Positions 55,415 to 64,000 of a stretch of DNA of 64,000 nt are shown here, piece after piece. The DNA comes from the human T2T-CHM13v2.0 reference genome, Homo sapiens, in assembly GCF_009914755.1 (NCBI RefSeq), contig NC_060934.1; one strand, 5' to 3'. A model generated the notes under the pieces. The model saw nothing but the letters and a program-made list of their open reading frames with translations. It was not told the DNA's origin and made no database searches. Position 1 is the stretch's first letter, and every line of letters starts with the position of its first letter. The position numbers were made by a program, and so were the translations under genes.

Positions 55415-58400
55415 ACCCTTTAATTCCTAAAGCACTAAAGCCTTTAAAATTATCAGTAAAAACGATAATATTAGCTTCTGTTTTAAAATATCTAATTAAG
55501 CTGCTATCAACTAAGTTAATAAGCCATTTGAAAGTAAGTTCTATGTGAATTTACCATTTAGTACTCCAGCATCTAATACCATACTCTCTAAATATTAACT
55601 CTAATAATATATTGCTACTACTTCAAACTACATTCAGTAAGGAAGGATAAAAATATAATTCACATGCTTTGATGATGTGCTTTTAATAATTTTAATGTGC
55701 AGGAATTTCCCAAAGAAAGATATACTTGATATCGTTTTAGGGAAATCTGGCCAAAAGTTCTATATTTTACAAAGTGTGAGATTGTGCTTCTCTCAGTTCA
55801 CAGGGAATTTTCTCTTTTAACAAATTCCCGATTCATGACTGAGGCTATATTTATTTCCAAATTATAGACCTAATACACCTTGATTTCCTTAAGTTCCAGA
55901 GGCTAGAAACCCCTCGATGAGTTTTCAGAATTAAATCGTACCTGACAAGATTTTATGGAATATATAATGATGCCTCTATTAGGAAGTGAGTACATTGAGA
56001 CATTCAGCACCACAGGTAGGAAGAACAGAAGAAGCATGTTGGAAAATAAGACAATAAGAACAACAAAATATCTCCCCCCCAAAAAAGTCCCTTTATTTTG
56101 GTATTTCTTTTCCTGAAAGAAAAATACTGTCTCCAATTTAAAATAGGTTTTTATAAATAAGGAGCTGTAGGGTCTCCTTGTTATTTCCTAATTTGATGTT
56201 CAATTAAACTGGAATATGTCTGCTATTATACATTCTAATCTTCCAGTGACCAGATAAATCTACCTTTATTCTTCCTTTTTGTTATAGTAGAGACAGTGTC
56301 CCTTCACCTCCTCTTCAATATAGCAATCCTGTACATATATATACTTCTTACTTGACCTCTCACTGAGGTGTGTGTATCATATCTATAGTATTGTAATTGT
56401 ACATAGTCAAAAATCTGCTCCTCTTTGAAAAATCTTTTTGTTGTTTTCTATTGTACCACATTCCTCAGGCCTTCCTCTAACCCTTTCTAATTCTTCTTAA
56501 TACCAGCATGCAAAAACCTCTGGTACTAATGCAGATCTCTCCAATAATGTTGTTGAGGCTGAAATGCCAATCCTGTTAACATTGGGCTGAGCTCCATGAT
56601 CCATGGGCATTGTAGAGAGATATTCTTTTAGCATTATTTTTTTTCTTCTTTATCCTAAGCAAAACTCCCTGGTGGCTGGGCAACAGGGTAATTTGTATGG
56701 CAAGTACTGTAATGAACTCAATCACCTGCTGTTATTAACACGAGACAGTAGCTGCAGGTCACTTGTCCAAGGATGAGTTTCTTCCAGGGAGCTTTTTCAA
56801 CCTCATGTAAGCAGACTTCTGGTGACCGTGCCCCATACATTGCTGGCTATGCCTGAATCCCAAGACCACTCCTATTCATCTCAAGATGCACTCTTATTAA
56901 TGATATTAAATAAATTATTTACTTGAAAGGAACTTAGCTTAATATACTTTGATGTTTTTCTAATCTGAAAATAATTTTTATAAATCCAGTCATTAAATTG
57001 CAGATCTCCTTTGCCAGTTTGCCACAAGGCCTGTTTCTGCCAGAGAACCATAGCCAAATACACAAACTCGACTAATGGAATACACATGAATCTCATTGGA
57101 GATGAACAAAGAATCACTCTTAAACCAACCTTAGCTGTTCTGCCTTAGGTATATGCCATTTCGCTTATTTGGCAATGCTGCAAAATGGCAGTAAGAGCTT
57201 CTCTATGAGATTAACCTTTCTTTCTGCATCTGGCAGAAACAAGATGCTCACTGCAAATCTTCTGTCTCACACATATAGCAAATCCCAATCATACCCATTC
57301 AGCTGAGAGCTTCTAAAAGCCCACTTCCATTTGCTATCGCCATTCTCTCTGCATCCTTCCTCTCAGACTCTGGATTTGCCTATCTAAGCATCTGACCTTT
57401 TGTGATCCTTCTTGACTAGGCTAACCTACTGACGTAGACTGACCAATGGCCTATTTTTTACTTCTTGACTAATTTTTTCCACTGGATTCAACATAAATGC
57501 TTGTGAGTAAAACACAGTGCATAAACTTTTCCATTTCAAAAAGGAAACAAAATTTAAATAAAGTTCTATTAAGCCTGAATATATGAAGATGAAGGTAATA
57601 GTTGGAAATTCCAATATGATAGTATATAAAATAGATGGAACATTAAATAAGGCATGATATATAGCAACTGTAATCAAACGTATTTACTGTTGATAATTTT
57701 AATTAAGGAAGTTGTTAATGCAGTTGTGTATATTCAGGAAGGATTTCATGGCTTTATTTTTAGAAGCACAGGCTCTCAAATTTACAAGTCATATGAATTA
57801 AATGAATCCAATGATCTACATGTAATTGAAAGCCGTCCTTCCAGTGCTGGAGAACAATTTTAATTGCAAATGTTATTAAACTGTCCTTGCAAATTTATTT
57901 ATGTGAACAAAGTTCCAATAGCAGTGCTACTATTTGGTGGTTTCAATGTGTACCATATAGTCATTAAAGGCCTCCAGAAATTAAAATAAGTACCTTCTTC
58001 TTTCATTTATTTCTTAAAATATTCACTTCAAATTGGTTCTCTGAAAGCTTACAGTTTGTCTCAGTGCCCCTGACATTTACTTAATATAAGGATCTGACTT
58101 ATTTGATAGGTGGGAACCTGAGACTCAGGGTAGAAAAATGAATCATTTAGTATCACACAGCACCAAGATGTAGTCAGCGTTGGGGGATTCTGATTTTTAG
58201 ATGCAGACATGCCTAGATACTGCATATTTGCTTCTGGAGAGAATACAATCTCTAACTTGAATAATTCAAATGACATTTGGAATGGCAAAGTTTGGGACAT
58301 GTCTGTAGTCAGCTTTCTTTAACATCATTTGTTCATTTTCAGAGGAGTCAGAGAAGATGTGAACAAAGTTTATAACCCAGAGTTGCAACAATCAGCTATT

Positions 58401-58449
58401 CATTCATTCATTTAATATATAAGTATTGCTGGTTGCATTAATCTTTTTT

Positions 58450-59166
<717 letters not shown>

Positions 59167-60721
59167 AGACCATGTCCTAGATATTGTCCTAAATGCTGGA
59201 GATTCAGTAGGGAGTAAGCTAGATGTGGCCCTAGTCCTGCTGGATTTTATAGACTGAACCAAGGGCTTTCTCTGCGCCAGTGATAGAGAGTCTGATCCAA
59301 GTTTTTAAGGGACTCTTTCTGTATATCTTGCATAATTGTCCTCATTCAAGCTTCAGTTCAGAGCAACAGGAAGATTATGAGATTTGTTGTCAGATCTCTT
59401 CATGGTTCTTATGTCTTGCAGGACCTGGGACAGGTTATCTGAACTTCTAGCTACACACATATGGTTATCCTAATACCATTTGCCAAGTCCGGCAAGCTAT
59501 GTTCATAAGCGAGTTGTAGTATTTCAAAACAAAAGTGTTATGAAGAAACCAGGAGGAATACAGTATGGCTGATCATTTCACAAGAGTGAGTAAAGACCGG
59601 CATCCCTGAGGCAACTGTTCTTATAAACTCTTGGAGGACTCACTGGGTCTCATAAGCACATTGAGTGTTGCATAAATAAAAATGCAAGCCTTTAAGCATA
59701 CACTTTACACACACACGAGCACACACACACACTTAGAGCTAGACACTGATAGAGACTTGTGTCTTACACATTAGAATTCAAAGAGTGTTCTTCTTTCCAC
59801 ATAAGGGAATTTAGAGGGGTTAAAAAGAATACACACTCATGCATGTATGCACTCAGGTTTTCTTTGGGAAGTCTATGATAACAGTTACATAAATAAAAAT
59901 GAATAATAATATAAATGTCCCTTGTCTCTAAGAAAGCAGAACACCTGTCTGCCCACATCAGTTTATGTAATACAAACATCTCACCCCTACCAAAAAAATT
60001 TTATGAGCACACTTACACCCCCAGGAAATCATTAAAAATCAATGATCCAGAGTTACAGTGGCACACATTTTTTAAAGCTTTGTTTATCTCCCCTCATTAA
60101 AAATACCTTTACAGAAAGCAATAATCCTGATGGTGTGAATTAATAACTGCATTTTTGAGGTTCATTGTTCTTGTTGTACTCATGATTCACTGATTTCCTA
60201 GGCCTGTTTTGTGTACAGTGCTATTTACATAGTCACTGGATTATTATCTGCCTTCCAGAATGACAGGAAAAACCTGGGTCTTCTGGGAGCAGTGGGAAGA
60301 TTACTTGCACAGAAGAAGTGCATTTTTTAGTAGAACAGAAATCCAGACAGTATTAAAATTAGGGTTATAAAGTAACAAGGACAAAAGGATAGCAAAGTAG
60401 AAAATAGAGGGGATCAAACACATTTTTTTTCCTAGTAGAACTGAGAAACAAGCAAGTATCTGATTACTTCATTCATATCACTTCTTAAGTTCTCAAGGGA
60501 GAAGGAGTCTATTCAGTAACATATATACTCAGAAAGGCAACAAGATGAGGAGGAAGGAACAGGATATTGGGACCCAGATGGACGAAGATGGGGATCTCTA
60601 TGCTAGGACTTCCTTAGTACCACCCATCCTTAAGCAAGTGATTGCCTTCCATTTGCTCATGCATTAAAATGGGGGATAGTAATAACTATTGCAGTGGGTA
60701 GTTATTAGAATTAAGTGAAAA

Positions 60722-61347
60722 TCTTTGGGTATATACCCAGTAATGGGATTGCTGGGTCAAATGGTATTTCCATTTCTAAGTCTTTGAGGAATCACCACAT
60801 GGTCTTCCACTAATTTACATTCCCACCAACAGTGTAAAAGCATTCCTATTTCTCCACAGCCTGACCGGCATAGATACATACACGCATATGTTCATTGCAG
60901 CACTACTCACAATAGCAAAGACATAGAAGCAACCCAAATGCCTTCAATGATAGACTGGATAAAGAAAATGTGGTACATATACACCATGGAATACTATGCA
61001 GCTATAAAAAGGAACGAGATCATGTCCTTTGCAGGGACATGGATGAAGCTGGAAGCCATTATCCTCAGTACACTAACGCAGGAACATAAAACCAAACACT
61101 ACATGTTCTCACTTACAAATGGGAGCTGAACAATGAGAACACATGGACACAGGGAGGCAAACAACACATACTGGGGCCTGTGAAGGGAAGGCAGGAGGGG
61201 GAGAGCACCAGGGACAAGGGCTAATGCCTGCTGGGCTTAATACCTAGGTGATGGGTTGATAGGTACAGCAAACCACCATGGCACACGTTTACCTATATAA
61301 CAAACCTGTACATCCTGCGTATGTACCCCGAAACTTAAAGAAAATAA
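60722..61347 (+). mobile_element. L1PA8-PA10-like 3' end with 5' inversion (60722-60871 antisense)
   Basis: Antisense ctttgggtatatacccagtaatggg...ccggcat joined to sense agatacatacacgcatatg; TSD-like aattaagtgaaaa (60709-60721) / aattaagttaaaa (61348-61360); inserted at a MIR. Confidence 0.9.
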
Positions 61348-62499
61348 AATTAAGTTAAAAAAAGAAATGCCCCTTGTCCTAAATGGCAATGGTTTGGGAG
61401 CAGTCACAGCATCTCAAAGGATACCTGGTTTTATAAAATAGCATTGCCATGAAGTCAACAACCAGATAGAAGTCTGGCTATGGCTTTTCAAGGGAGTCTT
61501 CATTTTAAGAAGCTTTCCTTAGTCAGTTGAAAAGTTGAGTTTAAAAATAAATAATGCATAAAGAGGAAAGTTCTGGGCAAATCTTTCTGGAAGGCAAAAA
61601 TTGTATATTTAAATTTGTGGTTCTTTGAATATTGAGGATATTTTTTGGTTAAGTCATGGGGAGACCCTTCTAAGAAAAGTAACTGAAACACTCAAGTTTT
61701 TACATTTGATTTTTCACATTCTGAAAAACATGAAAGATGCCTTTCCCTTTTCTTTGGTTCTGCTACAATCAACTGTGTAATGGTCTCGCCATCAATTCAG
61801 ATCCTGCTGTGCTTAGAAGCTTTTTCTCTCTGAGAGGACAACACTCTGGGATATGCATAAGAGCTTTGGAGATAATTTTATCAGCACATTTGATTTTGTC
61901 TAAGATGGATCACTTGAAACCCTTGCCAGTGTAAGACTTCTCTTACTTACTGGAAATTGTGGTGCTTCATCACAATTCTGAATTATAAGTTATTTGAAGG
62001 CAATAAGACTGCAATTTTCAAATGTGGGTTCATCCATGTAATAAATAAATACCTTGAAGTTATAAATCAGCTCAAATACATACATACATGTGTGTGTGCA
62101 TGTATGACACATATTATATGTATTTTATATTTATATATATATATATGTGTGTATGTATGATTATACGTTCTTTAAATTACTTACAAAAACTCACCAGTCT
62201 GGTGTTCTAGCAATGTGTAAAATAATTTTTTTGAAACACAAATTCAGAGACAGAAATGTATTCACTGAATTGTGTAATGGTAAGGAGAGTCATGTGTTGA
62301 ATGGAGTAAAGAAAATGACAGCTCAGAATTGTGGAAAATAGTCAAGGCTTAGAAATAAAACATATTTGGTCTCTTACTTCCATATTCAAAAGGTGAGAGA
62401 GCAAAATCCCTTGGGCTTTCTGAGTTTGTTTCAGATTACCTTTCTTCCAGTTGGGGAAAGATGTCAAATAGCAAATGTGGTGTTAACTAAAATATTACG

Positions 62500-62938
62500 A
62501 GTCTTAGTATATTTTATGCTGCTTATAACACAATATCTGAAACTGGGTAATTTATAAAGAAAAGGAATTTATTTCTTGTAGTTATGGAGGCTGGGACATC
62601 CAAGGTGTAGGGACTGCATCCACTAAGGGTCTTCTTGCTGATGGGGACTCTCTGCAGAGTCCTGAGGTGGCACAGGATATCACGGGGTAAAGTGGCTGCA
62701 TGTGCTAGCTCAGATCTCTCTTTCTCTTCTTATAAAGGCACCAATTCCATTCCCATGATAACCCATAAATCCTTTAGCTCATTCATCCATTAATCCATGA
62801 ATGTATTAATCCATTTATGGGAGTGGAGCCCTCATGACCCAATAATCACCTCTTAAAGGCCCCACCTGTCAATTCTGCCACACTGGGGATTAAGTTTTAT
62901 TATGAGTTTTGAAGGGGACAAACATTCAAACCATAGCA
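62500..62938 (-). mobile_element. MSTC-like MaLR LTR
   Basis: ctgggtaatttataaagaaaaggaatttatttc...ggggacaaacattcaaaccatagca. Confidence 0.85.
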
Positions 62939-63074
62939 TCATGTAACTGGTTTCTAAGTTCAGATTCAAAGTAATGCTTCTGACCTGGTTCATCTAAAAT
63001 TCTAGTTCCTGCATTAATGGCTATAAAATATGTACCTGCCAACTTGCCAAGTTCTGCCTCTAATGCAAAGGTCT

Positions 63075-63864
63075 CTTTTTTTCTCTTTTTTCCCCCTCTC
63101 CTATTATTTTCTTTTCTCTCTATCCTATGATTTTCTCATACTCTCTCATTCTGGTTCTTTCTACTTCTTCACCCATAATTACTTCTTCTTAATTGTAATA
63201 GCTATCATATGCTTAGGATTAAGAGAAGAGAAGGATGAAGACAAAGGAATTGTCACCAAGAACCAACTAGGCCCCCATCAGGTTCCCTGATGTTTTAAAG
63301 ATGAGCCTAACATCTTGGTCAATGCAATTAAGGATGTGTCCAATTTATGAAGCTTCATATGCACTTAAGAAATCTGATTTACAAAGCTTTCTTGATTATA
63401 GAGGAGTTTTTTCTTGATCTATTATGATAGATTTGGTAATCTCAGATTACCTACTGAACACAGCCTTTCTACAAAAGCAGGGGGGTACTTTATGGTGCTT
63501 AAGGACCCATCGTCACTCAGAACTCAGGTCTTGGCCCTGTCCCTCACCATGTGTGTGGCCTCAGGCAGGCCCTTAAACTTTCTAAGCCTCAGTTTTCTAT
63601 AGGCAATATGAGGATAACAATCATAACTACTTAATAGGAGTACCATAAGGATTAAGTGAAATATTATTTCTGAAGGCCTTAGCTGAAAGATTCCCAAATT
63701 ATATTATGAGATCGATAAATAATAGCTGTGTTTTTCTGTTATTAATCTAGTAATATGGTGTATGCACACAGATGGCAACCATAGGATCAGTTTGAGAAAA
63801 CAGCTGAAGCCAGTCTTCCAATCTCAATTTTCTATATCCTGGATTATTCTACTTCAATATTTAA

Positions 63865-63910
<46 letters not shown>

Positions 63911-64000
63911 TCCCTCTACTATTTTCTCTTCTATCCTATGATATTCTCATACCTCTCTCATTCTTGTTCTTTCTACTAATTCACCCATAATTACTTCTCT
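63075..64000 (+). repeat. Diverged direct duplication: 63075-63190 repeated at about 63890-64000
   Basis: tatcctatga at 63121 and 63932; acccataattacttct at 63171 and 63983. Confidence 0.85.
63515..63740 (+). mobile_element. MIR
   Basis: tgtgtggcctcaggcaggcccttaaactttctaagcctcagttttc...aggattaagtgaaata. Confidence 0.75.

Noticed and set aside
56003-56022. REST RE1 site (ttcagcaccac...)
   Set aside because: Only the left half matches; the GGACAG half is absent.

Overview
Primate (very probably human) AT-rich, CpG-poor non-coding DNA that looks like a large intron or intergenic region. I recognise no host protein-coding exon, rRNA, tRNA or CRISPR array, and I cannot name the locus. The only ORFs with recognisable proteins belong to a full-length, inactivated L1PA2/L1PA3-type LINE-1 (about 48121-54180). 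The rest is a fossil record of Alu, MIR, L2, L3, old L1M, MaLR/ERV LTRs and DNA transposons, often nested with readable target-site duplications (TSDs). Most notable: (1) a U6 snRNA/L1 chimeric retrocopy with a 14-bp TSD and a possible short 3' transduction, inside a multi-layer retroelement nest; (2) an AT-rich minisatellite bracketed by a perfect 35-bp inverted repeat; (3) a candidate 9-nt microexon plus a possible TATA/first-exon unit in the first 650 bp; (4) two twin-primed, 5'-inverted L1s; (5) a diverged local duplication with a period of about 811 bp at the right edge. I found no new protein-based system. Repeat subfamily names come from my recollection of consensus sequences, not a database search, and boundaries of old repeats are approximate.
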